Shown here: positions 31,963 through 43,000 of the stretch, in pieces
Numbering within the stretch: position 1 is the first letter of the stretch
How the letters are laid out: every line of letters starts with the position of its first letter
Program-made: the position numbers and the translations under genes
Notes under the pieces: model-generated
The model's input: the letters and a program-made list of their open reading frames with translations, nothing else
Told to the model about the DNA's origin: nothing
Databases searched by the model: none
Source of the DNA: Escherichia coli
Lineage (GTDB): Bacteria; Pseudomonadota; Gammaproteobacteria; Enterobacterales; Enterobacteriaceae
Reading direction: 5' to 3' (one strand)
NCBI RefSeq assembly: GCF_036507355.1
Contig: NZ_AP027877.1
DNA: 64,000 nucleotides

Positions 31963-32886
31963 ATGGAAAAAAATAGTCTGTTTAGTCAGCGCATCCGTTT
32001 GCGCCACCTTCATACATTCGTAGCTGTCGCACAACAAGGAACTTTGGGGCGCGCGGCTGAAACCCTTAATTTGAGTCAACCTGCGCTCTCTAAGACATTG
32101 AATGAACTGGAGCAACTGACGGGCGCTCGCTTGTTTGAGCGTGGTCGTCAGGGGGCGCAACTTACCTTACCCGGCGAACAATTTTTAACGCATGCAGTCA
32201 GAGTTCTTGACGCCATCAACACTGCTGGACAGTCGCTTAATCGTAAAGAAGGTCCTAATAATGATGTCGTCAGGGTTGGTGCACTACCTACTGCGGCACT
32301 GGGGATATTACCTTCGGTTATAGGTCAGTTTCATCAGCAACAAAAAGAGACGACCTTGCAAGTTGCGACAATGAGTAACCCTATGATTCTGGCGGGTTTG
32401 AAAACCGGGGAAATCGATATCGGCATTGGTCGGATGTCAGATCCTGAACTGATGACCGGGCTTAATTACGAACTGCTGTTTCTTGAATCGCTGAAGCTGG
32501 TTGTCCGCCCTAATCACCCGCTACTTCAGGAGAACGTAACGCTAAGCCGGGTGCTGGAATGGCCGGTCGTTGTATCACCAGAAGGCACTGCGCCACGCCA
32601 GCATTCAGATGCATTAGTACAGAGCCAGGGATGTAAAATTCCTTCGGGTTGTATCGAAACGCTGTCTGCTTCGCTATCTCGTCAACTTACGGTTGAATAC
32701 GACTACGTGTGGTTTGTCCCTTCTGGCGCGGTAAAAGACGACCTGCGTCATGCCACGCTGGTGGCCCTGCCTGTTCCGGGACATGGTGCAGGCGAACCGA
32801 TTGGAATACTGACCCGCGTAGATGCGACGTTCTCTTCTGGTTGCCAGTTGATGATTAACGCTATTCGAAAATCAATGCCGTTCTGA
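31963..32886 (+). CDS. ydcI: LysR-family transcriptional regulator
   Basis: ORF 31822-32886; ATG at 31963 (MEKNSLFSQRIRLRHLHTFVAVAQQGTLGRAAETLNLSQPALS...) gives 307 aa; N-terminal HTH. Confidence 0.85.
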   Translation: MEKNSLFSQRIRLRHLHTFVAVAQQGTLGRAAETLNLSQPALSKTLNELEQLTGARLFERGRQGAQLTLPGEQFLTHAVRVLDAINTAGQSLNRKEGPNNDVVRVGALPTAALGILPSVIGQFHQQQKETTLQVATMSNPMILAGLKTGEIDIGIGRMSDPELMTGLNYELLFLESLKLVVRPNHPLLQENVTLSRVLEWPVVVSPEGTAPRQHSDALVQSQGCKIPSGCIETLSASLSRQLTVEYDYVWFVPSGAVKDDLRHATLVALPVPGHGAGEPIGILTRVDATFSSGCQLMINAIRKSMPF

Positions 32887-32923
32887 AAGGTGAAGGGATC
32901 TGTCGATCCCTCCTTGAACATTT

Positions 32924-34564
32924 TCACACCGTAGCGAAACTAACTTGTTCACCCGCTCCGCGAGGTTCTGCCGACACAGAATGTTTGTTCAGACGGAATA
33001 CGTCCACCGCCTCAGTTAATCGTGCAGCCTGTTCTTCAAGGGACACCGCCGCTGCTGAGGCCTCTTCTACCAGAGAAGCATTCTGTTGCGTCACCTTATC
33101 CATTTCAGAAATCGCCTGGCTAACCTGAGTTATGCCTCTACTTTGCTCATCCGAGGCGGCGGCGATTTCCTGCATGATATGTGTGACACTCGCGACGGCA
33201 TCAACAATAGTGCTCATGGTTTTCCCGGCCGTTGCCACCTCATCCGATCCCAGGTCAATTAACCTGACTGATTCACTGATCAAGCCTTCAATCTCTTTCG
33301 CCGCCTGGGCGCTGCGGCTTGCGAGTGTCCGTACTTCGCTGGCGACAACGGCAAATCCACGCCCTTGCTCACCCGCTCGCGCAGCTTCAACGGCAGCATT
33401 CAGTGCCAGAATATTCGTCTGGAAAGCAATACTGTTGATGACGGCGGTGATCTCAGAAATTTTCTTCGAACTCATAGAGATAGCACCCATCGTTTTTACT
33501 ACCCCGGAAACCGTCTGCCCGCCATCGCTGGCTTTAATAGAAGCCTCTTGCGCCAGTTTGCTGGCATGATGCGCGTTATCCGCATTCTGTTTCACCGTCG
33601 CAGTGAGTTGCTCCATGCTGGCGGCAGTTTGTTCGATAGCCGCCGCTTGTTCTTCGGTGCGAGATGAAAGGTCCGCATTGCCAGCGGAAATTTCGCTGGT
33701 GCCACGATAAATCTCTTCCGCGCCCTGTCGAACAGTCCCTACTGTCATCCCCAGTGAATGCTGCATTTGCTGTAAATGACGACTTAAGCGACCGATTTCA
33801 TTACGACCCGCCGGTTCATCATTCATCGTCAGATCGCCACTGGCGATTTTTTCAATCCGTTGTGCGGCATGTTGCAGTGGACGAATGACGATCTGCCGTA
33901 GCACCATAAATGTTATCAGCGTCATGACCAGGGCAAGCACAAACGCGCCAATCATGAACATCCCACCCACGCGGGTGCGCTGATGGGCCAGTTCCGCCAG
34001 TTGGTTGGCTCTGGTGCTACGTATCTTAACGGCTTTGTTCAAAATATCGGTATAAGCATTATCCAGCGTTCGGATCTGCTCACTTTCATGATTGATAATT
34101 GCTTCAAACATACCATTTTTGGCATATTTCAACATAGGTTGCATACCCGTGATATAAGCCTGAAAGCGTTGATTTAATTCAGTGTCGAGGGCTTCATCAG
34201 CAGGTGTTTTCACCGGCCGATTCTGATAAGCACGATAACCTTGCTGCGACTGTTTAATCTCCGATTCGGCTTGCGCAATATTTCGCTTCATTGCTTCCAT
34301 TTCCGCAATACGACTCGCAGCCCCGGCCTGAATCATATTGATCCGGGCTGAACGCAAAAAATCTGAACTGTTCGCTAACCCGGTCCGAATCTCAATCTCC
34401 GCAGTAACATCACGCTGATCGCGATCGGCCTGCCAGAGGAAATAGCCAGCCAGGGCTGAACTTAATGCGAATAGAACTAAGATACCGCCTAGAATGCAGG
34501 CAAATAACGGAACCAACCTGATGTGATGCAAAAAACCTAATCGCTGTGAGGGAGTTGTATTCAT
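32924..34564 (-). CDS. trg: methyl-accepting chemotaxis protein III (ribose/galactose transducer)
   Basis: 546 aa; two TM segments, HAMP region and conserved MCP signalling domain with methylation sites. Confidence 0.9.
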   Translation of the reverse strand: MNTTPSQRLGFLHHIRLVPLFACILGGILVLFALSSALAGYFLWQADRDQRDVTAEIEIRTGLANSSDFLRSARINMIQAGAASRIAEMEAMKRNIAQAESEIKQSQQGYRAYQNRPVKTPADEALDTELNQRFQAYITGMQPMLKYAKNGMFEAIINHESEQIRTLDNAYTDILNKAVKIRSTRANQLAELAHQRTRVGGMFMIGAFVLALVMTLITFMVLRQIVIRPLQHAAQRIEKIASGDLTMNDEPAGRNEIGRLSRHLQQMQHSLGMTVGTVRQGAEEIYRGTSEISAGNADLSSRTEEQAAAIEQTAASMEQLTATVKQNADNAHHASKLAQEASIKASDGGQTVSGVVKTMGAISMSSKKISEITAVINSIAFQTNILALNAAVEAARAGEQGRGFAVVASEVRTLASRSAQAAKEIEGLISESVRLIDLGSDEVATAGKTMSTIVDAVASVTHIMQEIAAASDEQSRGITQVSQAISEMDKVTQQNASLVEEASAAAVSLEEQAARLTEAVDVFRLNKHSVSAEPRGAGEQVSFATV

Positions 34565-34603
34565 TACCGTTGTCTCTCGTCTAGGTTTACTCCTGATAGA
34601 AAG

Positions 34604-34630
34604 TCATCGGCATTTGACGGTAATTACTTA
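34604..34630 (-). promoter_or_regulatory. candidate sigma28 (FliA) promoter for trg
   Basis: Minus-strand TAAGTAAT-N11-GCCGATGA resembles the sigma28 consensus TAAAGTTT-N11-GCCGATAA; chemoreceptor genes are class III flagellar genes. Confidence 0.45.
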
Positions 34631-34859
34631 CGACTAAAAGCCTCTTTGCGTCACATTTTTACAACAATTATTGCAGAGAAGATTAATGCCATTGGAATGA
34701 AGAGAGTAACGAATGGTTAAACTGGCTAACCCGAATGACGAAAAATTCTGGAAAACAGCACGCAATTTCGTCAGGTGATTATTTTCGTCCCTAAGGAAAC
34801 CACATAGGATGCTCACGGGTGCCTGAGACTTTCTGTTTTCAGGCTAACCGGGAATCAGA

Positions 34860-34904
34860 AAGACGAAGGCCCCGACCGATATTTCTATCAACCGAGGCCA
34901 ACGA

Positions 34905-34915
<11 letters not shown>
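34860..34915 (-). ncRNA. sokB: antisense RNA SokB of the hokB/mokB toxin locus
   Basis: Placed by remembered architecture of hok/sok loci (antisense RNA overlapping the mok start region); boundaries not readable from sequence alone. Confidence 0.4.
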
Positions 34916-35112
<197 letters not shown>

Positions 35113-35183
35113 GGGCAAGCGCGGGGATTTTCCCCGCGCATCTGACTAGCAGATTCATTTTCTCATGGCACCCCTTTTATACT

Positions 35184-35357
35184 TCAGTTAGTGCATGTTT
35201 TTTTCGATGCACTAATAGAACCATCATTACAGACAAATTTGCCGCCTGCCGTACAGTGTGAGATCCCCCCTTTCGAACCAGAACAGGGTTTGCGCCCGGC
35301 ATCGGCATAAAAGGAAACAAGCGTTCCCATAAACAAAATAAGTGCCAGTTTTTTCAT
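35184..35357 (-). CDS. ydcA: small secreted Cys-containing protein
   Basis: Hand-translated 57 aa from ATG 35357 with GGAGG upstream: MKKLALILFMGTLVSFYADAGRKPCSGSKGGISHCTAGGKFVCNDGSISASKKTCTN. Confidence 0.7.
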   Translation of the reverse strand: MKKLALILFMGTLVSFYADAGRKPCSGSKGGISHCTAGGKFVCNDGSISASKKTCTN

Positions 35358-35601
35358 ATAACCTCCATGGTTTATCGAATCTTATGTTCGATTTGAACGT
35401 TATACGCTGGTTTATTTTGATACCGTTGATGAGATCAAAGATCGGGTGAATTGATTAAAAATAAGCCAGATGGACGTATGGGCAAGGATTATGGTTTTAT
35501 TTGTCATACAAATAAATATAATAGGCGCTTCCGATGTAGACCCGTATTCTTCGCCTGTACCACGGGTCGGTTTTAGTACAGGCGTTTTCTTTAAATATCC
35601 T

Positions 35602-36132
35602 TCAGGAACGTTTACGCGGCATCATGCGTAGAAGTGTGTTGTCCTTCCAGAAATAGTGGTGTGCCAGTGCAGCCGCAGCGTGCAACCCGATGACAAAATA
35701 TCCCAGATTCGCCAGCGTTTCATGCCACGACTTTAAGCTATCTACCCGTTCGAAATTGGCCTCTGAAGCGTAAGGCATCGTCAAACCAAACGCAAACCAC
35801 GGGTTGCCCCGGTTATACATCATCACCAAACCAATCACTGGCAGCGCAATAAACAGGAGATAAATCACCAAATGTCCCAAATGCGCCAGTCCCGTCATCA
35901 TCGGTTTCGGCTTAGGTATAATCGGCGGGGGTGGGTATTTCAGTCTTAACAAAAGACGAACCACCATCAGCACGAGAATTGAGATGCCACAGGAAACATG
36001 AATCATGTTGATGAGCGGCCGATCGCTACGTGGGAAGAAACCACGAAACTCCATTGCGCAATACGCTGCGATAACCAGCAAAAAGACCAGCCAGTGAATG
36101 CCGATTTGTAACCTTGAGTATTTATTTTCCAT
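35602..36132 (-). CDS. cybB: cytochrome b561
   Basis: ORF 35602-36168; ATG at 36132 (MENKYSRLQIGIHWLVFLLV...) gives 176 aa; conserved His in TM helices. Confidence 0.85.
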   Translation of the reverse strand: MENKYSRLQIGIHWLVFLLVIAAYCAMEFRGFFPRSDRPLINMIHVSCGISILVLMVVRLLLRLKYPPPPIIPKPKPMMTGLAHLGHLVIYLLFIALPVIGLVMMYNRGNPWFAFGLTMPYASEANFERVDSLKSWHETLANLGYFVIGLHAAAALAHHYFWKDNTLLRMMPRKRS

Positions 36133-36320
36133 AACATTTCCTGCTTTAACATAATTTTCCGTTAACATAACGGGCTTTTCTCAAAATTTCATTAAATATT
36201 GTTCGCCCGTTTTCAGTACGTTACGTTTCACTGTAAGAATGGAGATTGCCCATCCCACAATCCTGGTCTAAGCCTGGAAAGGATCAATTTTCATCCGAAC
36301 GTTCCTGACAGGAGAAAACC

Positions 36321-37322
36321 ATGAGTAAAGTTGGTATTAACGGTTTTGGTCGTATCGGTCGACTGGTGTTGCGTCGTTTACTTGAAGTCAAAAGCAACAT
36401 AGACGTTGTCGCTATTAATGATCTTACTTCCCCAAAAATTCTCGCCTATCTGCTGAAACATGATTCAAACTATGGTCCGTTCCCCTGGAGCGTTGATTTT
36501 ACGGAAGATTCACTTATCGTTGATGGGAAAAGTATCGCGATTTACGCCGAAAAAGAGGCTAAAAATATTCCGTGGAAAGCGAAAGGGGCAGAAATCATTG
36601 TCGAATGTACTGGCTTTTATACCTCCGCCGATAAATCGCAGGCGCATCTTGATGCTGGTGCGAAGAAGGTGTTGATTTCCGCTCCTGCCGGTGAAATGAA
36701 AACCATCGTTTATAACGTTAATGACGACACTCTGGATGGCAACGACACCATTGTTTCCGTGGCGTCATGCACCACTAACTGCCTTGCGCCGATGGCCAAA
36801 GCCTTGCATGACAGTTTCGGGATAGAAGTCGGCACGATGACGACCATTCATGCCTATACTGGCACCCAGTCACTGGTGAATGGCCCGCGTGGTAAAGATT
36901 TACGTGCTTCACGCGCAGCGGCAGAAAATATCATTCCCCACACTACGGGGGCGGCAAAAGCCATTGGTCTGGTGATCCCGGAACTGAGCGGCAAACTGAA
37001 AGGTCATGCGCAACGCGTGCCGGTGAAAACAGGTTCGGTCACTGAGCTGGTGTCCATTCTCGGAAAAAAAGTGACTGCCGAAGAGGTGAATAACGCACTT
37101 AAACAAGCAACCACCAATAACGAGTCATTTGGTTATACCGATGAAGAAATAGTCTCTTCCGATATCATTGGCAGCCATTTCGGTTCAGTGTTTGATGCCA
37201 CGCAAACGGAAATTACCGCCGTGGGCGATTTACAACTGGTGAAAACGGTCGCCTGGTACGATAACGAATATGGCTTCGTCACGCAGCTTATTCGCACCCT
37301 CGAAAAATTCGCTAAACTCTGA
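36321..37322 (+). CDS. gapC: glyceraldehyde-3-phosphate dehydrogenase C, uninterrupted reading frame
   Basis: 333-aa [23 protein letters not shown]...; NAD-binding GxGxxG; catalytic SCTTNC motif. Confidence 0.88.
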   Translation: MSKVGINGFGRIGRLVLRRLLEVKSNIDVVAINDLTSPKILAYLLKHDSNYGPFPWSVDFTEDSLIVDGKSIAIYAEKEAKNIPWKAKGAEIIVECTGFYTSADKSQAHLDAGAKKVLISAPAGEMKTIVYNVNDDTLDGNDTIVSVASCTTNCLAPMAKALHDSFGIEVGTMTTIHAYTGTQSLVNGPRGKDLRASRAAAENIIPHTTGAAKAIGLVIPELSGKLKGHAQRVPVKTGSVTELVSILGKKVTAEEVNNALKQATTNNESFGYTDEEIVSSDIIGSHFGSVFDATQTEITAVGDLQLVKTVAWYDNEYGFVTQLIRTLEKFAKL

Positions 37323-37330
37323 CGCGCACA

Positions 37331-37360
37331 GGCGGAGGGAAAAAACCTCCGCCTCTTTCA
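37331..37360. terminator. stem-loop ggcggagg/cctccgcc between convergent gapC and aldA
   Basis: Read directly; flanked by A-run and T-rich tract, so likely bidirectional. Confidence 0.6.
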
Positions 37361-37364
37361 CTCA

Positions 37365-38804
37365 TTAAGACTGTAAATAAACCACCTGGGTCTGCAGATA
37401 TTCATGCAGGCCATGTTTACCATCTGCGCCGCCAATACCGGATTTACGCCATCCGGCGTGGAAGCCTTGCATAGCTTCGAAGTTTTCACGATTGATGTAA
37501 GTTTCACCAAACTTCAGCCCTTTAATGGCTTTCATCGCGACGTTCAGATTTTGGGTATAGATTGATGAGGTCAGGCCGTAATCACTGTCATTAGCCATTG
37601 AGATAGCATCTTCCAGCGTGTCAAATGCGACTACCGGCAGAACCGGGCCAAAGGTTTCCTCATGCATAATCGACATTTCCTGGCGAACATCCAGCAGCAA
37701 TGTCGGCGGATAATAATATCCTTTCCCCTCTACCGCTTTGCCACCCAACGCCACTCTCGCCCCTTCTTCTACTGCGCGCGCCACTTTTTGCTCGACCCTT
37801 TCCAGCGCCGCGGCGTTAATCAACGGCCCCATCGCAATGTCGTTGCGTTCAGCGGGGTTACCAAATTGAACCGCCTGCATCGCTTCACCCAGCCGATTGA
37901 CGAACTGATCATAAATGCCTTTCTGTACATAAACACGTTCTGCACAGTTACACACTTGCCCACTATTAATGACGCGTGAATCAACGATGGCTTTGACTGC
38001 CAGTTCAAGATCGGCATCGTCCATTACGATAGCTGGTGCTTTACCCCCCAGTTCCAGGCACACTTTGGTGATGTTTTTCGCCGCAGTCGCCATGATCTTC
38101 TCACCTGCAGAGACGCTGCCTGTCATACTGACCATTGCGACCTTTGGGTTACCCGCCAGTTCTTGCCCAACGGTTTCACCACACCCCAGAACAAGGTTAA
38201 ACACGCCGCGCGGAAGGCCTATTTCATCGACGATTTTGGCGAATGCAATCGCATTGTTTGGCGTAAATTCACTGGGTTTAATGACAATGGTATTACCAGT
38301 CAAAAGAGCGGGAGCCATTTTGCGGGCAATGAGGAAGAACGGGAAGTTCCACGGCAGAATGCCGGTAGTCACACCAAGCGCACGTTTAAACAGAAGAATA
38401 TTTTCTCCTGGACGATCGCTTTGAATAATCTCGCCCTCGTAACGCCGTGCCCACTCCGCCATGTAATCGATATAGTCGGCAGTAAAAGCCACTTCGACTT
38501 CAGCCAGCTGCTGGATCTTGCCCCCTTCTTCAACAATCAGCGCACTGATTTCACTGGCGCGTTCGCGGATCCCGGCGGAGATTTTGCGCAACCAACTGGC
38601 GCGTTCAATAGCAGGCAACGCTTCCCATTCTGGTTGTGCACGTTCTGCTGCATCGATTGCCTTACGGGCATCCTCGGCCTGACCATCGGGTATGCGGGAA
38701 ATGACAGCCTCTGTAGCAGGGTTTACCACATCAATCCATGCGTCTCCACGCCAGGTAACAAACTGTCCATCGATATACATAGGATGTTGAACGGGTACTG
38801 ACAT
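37365..38804 (-). CDS. aldA: lactaldehyde dehydrogenase
   Basis: 479-aa ORF MSVPVQHPMYIDGQFVTWRGDAWIDVVNPATE... Confidence 0.9.
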   Translation of the reverse strand: MSVPVQHPMYIDGQFVTWRGDAWIDVVNPATEAVISRIPDGQAEDARKAIDAAERAQPEWEALPAIERASWLRKISAGIRERASEISALIVEEGGKIQQLAEVEVAFTADYIDYMAEWARRYEGEIIQSDRPGENILLFKRALGVTTGILPWNFPFFLIARKMAPALLTGNTIVIKPSEFTPNNAIAFAKIVDEIGLPRGVFNLVLGCGETVGQELAGNPKVAMVSMTGSVSAGEKIMATAAKNITKVCLELGGKAPAIVMDDADLELAVKAIVDSRVINSGQVCNCAERVYVQKGIYDQFVNRLGEAMQAVQFGNPAERNDIAMGPLINAAALERVEQKVARAVEEGARVALGGKAVEGKGYYYPPTLLLDVRQEMSIMHEETFGPVLPVVAFDTLEDAISMANDSDYGLTSSIYTQNLNVAMKAIKGLKFGETYINRENFEAMQGFHAGWRKSGIGGADGKHGLHEYLQTQVVYLQS

Positions 38805-39000
38805 GGGCGACTCCTGTGATTTATATGTTTGTTTTCGGTGAATACATTGTTAATTAACATCAATCATCATAGAGACGGCATCGTGAAAGGACAATTCTGT
38901 GAAGGGCTTCATAAAAACAAGTGTAAAAGGAATAAAAGGCAGAAATAAAAGTCAGGAGTCATGCCCGTTTGCAAACAAGTGGTTCACAAACGGGCAATTT

Positions 39001-39801
39001 TTAACGTAACGAGCGACTTTCCATCGCCTCGATGAGCACCGCATCGTGTTTAAGCGTTTGCCATGCCTGAATGACTTCTGCCGGAAAATCAACGTGAACG
39101 ATAAAATCTCGCCCGCGGGGACCGTAGCCATCGCTATCATCGCGTAAACGCGGCAGCTCGCCAGTGAGTAGTGAGAGATAACGCTCAACCGGCCATAATC
39201 CTTGTAACTGATTAATAAAGATTACACTGTCTGCGTTATTTCCTAACTGAGGAACGAATCCGGGATAACTCAACCAGCGGGGTGCATCGGGATTGTCCCC
39301 GGTCATACGGCGGAACGTTGCCATCGTGCGCCGCTGCATGGTGGGGTCCTGTACAACGATAGCCGTATGAACTCGTTCTACGGCCTGATTCAATAGCGCG
39401 ATGCTAAAGCGTGCGTTTTCACCGCAGTTTGTTGACTGGTCTTCAACCCAGATTTTTTCATGCGGAATATGCCAGAACTGATGAGCGATATCCGCCAGGA
39501 TGGTCGCTTCTGCTCTGCCAGTGGTGCGGATAGTGTTGTAGTGCGGATGCTGTGCGATGGCGCTATACAAAAAAGTTGTCGAGTGACCGATACCACCACT
39601 AATCAGTAAAGGAATTTGCTGATCGCGAGCAATCTTACATGCCGCATCGATAGTCGGCATAACCGCATTTCCTGCAAGTATGACGCAATCAGCCTGATAC
39701 GGCACCTCACCGGAGAAATCATCCTGCGCCAGCCACTGTCCGATAACATTTATGGCATCTATAGTTGCCGTCGAAAGCGTCGGAAACGGGGTAATGTTCA
39801 T
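39001..39801 (-). CDS. ydcF: DUF218-domain protein
   Basis: 266-aa [32 protein letters not shown]... Confidence 0.8.
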   Translation of the reverse strand: MNITPFPTLSTATIDAINVIGQWLAQDDFSGEVPYQADCVILAGNAVMPTIDAACKIARDQQIPLLISGGIGHSTTFLYSAIAQHPHYNTIRTTGRAEATILADIAHQFWHIPHEKIWVEDQSTNCGENARFSIALLNQAVERVHTAIVVQDPTMQRRTMATFRRMTGDNPDAPRWLSYPGFVPQLGNNADSVIFINQLQGLWPVERYLSLLTGELPRLRDDSDGYGPRGRDFIVHVDFPAEVIQAWQTLKHDAVLIEAMESRSLR

Positions 39802-40013
39802 GGTTCCTCCTTATCGTTCCCTTCAGAATACTGCGTGAGATAATAGTGAGAAGCGGAGCACTCTGAAAGGAGGAAGTCGTATGTCCTTAACCGCCACTCC
39901 GCAAGCCTGACATATCTTTTAAGGAAATGCTGTAGATAAACATTATTCATCTTGCAGCAGAGAATTGTATTTTTCAGAATTCCTGAATTTTTGCCCTTAC
40001 CGTTTTAGAATTA

Positions 40014-40050
40014 AAAAACCCGGCGCTAAATGCTTACCGGGTTTTAGATT
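40014..40050. terminator. stem-loop aacccgg/ccgggtt with A-run before and T-run after, 3' of hrpA
   Basis: Read directly. Confidence 0.55.
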
Positions 40051-40069
40051 TATCAGGCAAATAGCAGGG

Positions 40070-43000
40070 TTAACCGCTAATCTGCTCCATCGCCTGCAAA
40101 ATACGCTTATCTGAAATAGGATAAGGCGTACCAAGTTGTTGAGCGAAGTAACTAACGCGCAGCTCTTCTATCATCCAACGGATCTCTTTCACGTCTTCAT
40201 CCTCACGACGTGCAGGCGGCAGTTTGTTGATCCATTGCTGCCACGCCTGCTGGACGTTTTCGACTTTCAGCATCTGAGCACGGTCGCGATGCGGATCAAC
40301 CGCCAGTTTTTCCAGCCGTTTTTCAATCGCCTGCAAATAACGCAGCGTGTCGCCCAGCCGTTTGAAGCCGTTACCAGTCACAAAACCGCGATACACCAGC
40401 CCGCCCATCTGCGCTTTAATGTCAGAAAGCCCCAGCGCCATCGTCATATCCACCCGCCCTTTCAGGCGTTTGTTGATATTGAACACCGCAGTGAGGATTT
40501 GCTCGACCTGCTTCGCAATATCCACCACCGTGTCATTCAGTTCGGCGCGCACTTTTTCATGCAGCGCAGCAAAGCCTTCTTCCGTCCAGACCGGGCCACC
40601 ATTGGCGTCGATCAGTTGATCCACGCCGCAGGAGATACAATCGTCGATCAGATCCAACACTTTGCCATACGGGTTAAAGTACAGCCCTAACTTGGCTTTA
40701 TTTGGCAACTTCTCATGCAAATATTTGATTGGCGAAGGAATATTCAGCAACAGTAAACGGCGAAGGCCGTTCCACATTGCCTGTTTTTGCTCCAGCGGAT
40801 TATCAAACAGTTTGATCGCCACACTGTCGCGTTCATCAACCAGCGCAGGCCACGCCTTCACTTTGTAGTTGCCACGCTTCTGCTCGTAGCTTTCCGGCAG
40901 TTGTCCAAAGCTCCAGATATGCAGTCCGCTCTGCTCGATACCGTCATCCGCCACCGCAGACAACGTTTCCTGTACTTTGCCTTTTAGCGCCTCTTTCAGT
41001 GCCTGCAAAGAACGTCCTTCCTGAAGCTTCTTGTTTTTGTCATCCACCACGCGGAAGGTGATTTTCAGGTGATCGGGCACTTGATCCCAGTGCCAGTCTT
41101 CGCGGTCAACGGTAACGCCGGTCATCCGCCGTAACTCGCGCTCAAGGCTGTCGAGCAACGGTAACTCCAATGGTGTTGCGCGGCCTAAAAACGCTTCGGC
41201 GTAGTTTGGCGCAGGTACAAAATTACGGCGTACCGGTTTCGGCAGCGATTTAATCAGAGCAATCACCAGTTCGCGGCGCAGACCGGGGATCTGCCACTCA
41301 AACCCGCTCTCCTCAACCTGGTTAAGCAGCGGCAGCGGAATATGTACGGTCACGCCGTCAGCATCTGCCCCCGGCTCAAACTGATAGCTCAAACGCAGCT
41401 TGAGATTGCCCTGATGCCAGAAGTTCGGGTAATCCAGTTTGCTGATTTTTTCTGCGCCCTCTTTGATCAACATGCTTTTTTCAAAGTTGAGCAAATCAGG
41501 GGTTTCGCGGCTGACTTTTTTCCACCAGCTGTCGAAGTGACGAGCGGAGATTACATCGTGGCTGATGCGCTGGTCGTAGAACTCAAACAGCGTTTCGTCA
41601 TCCACCAGAATATCGCGGCGACGTGATTTGTGTTCCAGCTCTTCCACTTCCGCCCGCAGTTTCAGGTTTTCACGGAAGAATGCGTGACGCGTCTGCCAGT
41701 CACCTTCCACCAGCGCGTGGCGAATAAAGAGTTCACGACATAACGCCGGATCGATCTGGCTGTAGTTGACCTTGCGCGCAGCAACAATCGGCAAACCATA
41801 AACAGTGACTTTTTCCGTTGCCATCACCGCGCCCTGCGCCCGTTCCCAGTGCGGTTCGCTGTAGGTGCGTTTAATCAAATGCTGAGCGACAGGCTCCACC
41901 CATTCCGGGTCGATACGCGCAGCAATGCGGCCCCACAGGCGGCTGGTTTCTACCAGTTCCGCCACCATTACCCATTTCGGCGGTTTTTTGAATAAACCAG
42001 AACCGGGGAAGATGGAGAAACGCGCGTTACGTGCGCCGGTATATTCTTGTTTATCGGCATCTTTCATGCCGATATGCGAAAGCAAACCGGTCAGTAAGGC
42101 GATGTGAATTTCGCGATACTCCGCCGGTTCGCTGTTAACCGGAATGCCAAGCTCTTTCACCACCTGGCGCAACTGAGTGTAGATATCCTGCCATTCGCGC
42201 ACGCGCAGATAGTTGAGATAATCGGTACGACACAGGCGACGGAAGGCGTTAGAAGAAAGCGCCTTTTGCTGCTCGCCAAGATAATTCCACAGATTTACAA
42301 ACGCGAGGAAGTCGGATTCTTTGTCGTGGAAGCGACGATGTTTTTCGTCCGATGCCTGCTGTTTGTCCATCGGACGTTCGCGCGGATCCTGAATGGAGAG
42401 CGCGGACGTGATAATCATCGCCTCACGCACGCAGCCATGTTTTTGCGCTTCCAGCACCATACGCGCCAGACGTGGGTCGACAGGCAACTGCGAGAGCTGG
42501 CGACCGAGCGGCGTCAGTTTATAGGCGCTGGCCTGTTCATCAGTGGTGATCGCGCCCAGCTCTTCGAGCAGACGCACGCCATCCTGGATATTGCGTTTAT
42601 CCGGTGCTTCGACAAACGGGAACGCAGCGATATCGCCCAGCCCCAGCGCGGTCATCTGCAAAATAACCGAGGCCAGGTTGGTACGCAGAATCTCCGGATC
42701 GGTAAACTCCGGGCGCGAGAGGAAATCGTCTTCGGAATAGAGACGAATACAGATCCCTTCGGACACACGACCACAGCGGCCTTTACGCTGATTGGCAGAC
42801 GCCTGGGAAATCGGCTCAATCGGCAAACGCTGCACTTTGGTGCGATAGCTGTAGCGGCTGATACGTGCTGTACCGGGGTCGATAACGTATTTAATCCCCG
42901 GTACGGTCAGCGAGGTTTCCGCGACGTTGGTCGCCAGCACAATACGCCGTCCACTGTGCGACTGGAACACGCGGTTCTGTTCGCTGTTCGAAAGCCGCGC

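Noticed and set aside
38963-39002. Stem-loop cccgtttg/caaacggg followed by a T-run on the + strand, as if terminating an unannotated + strand transcript upstream of aldA
   Set aside because: No + strand gene or promoter is evident; it directly follows the ydcF stop on the minus strand and is more simply the ydcF 3' structure. Left as uncertain
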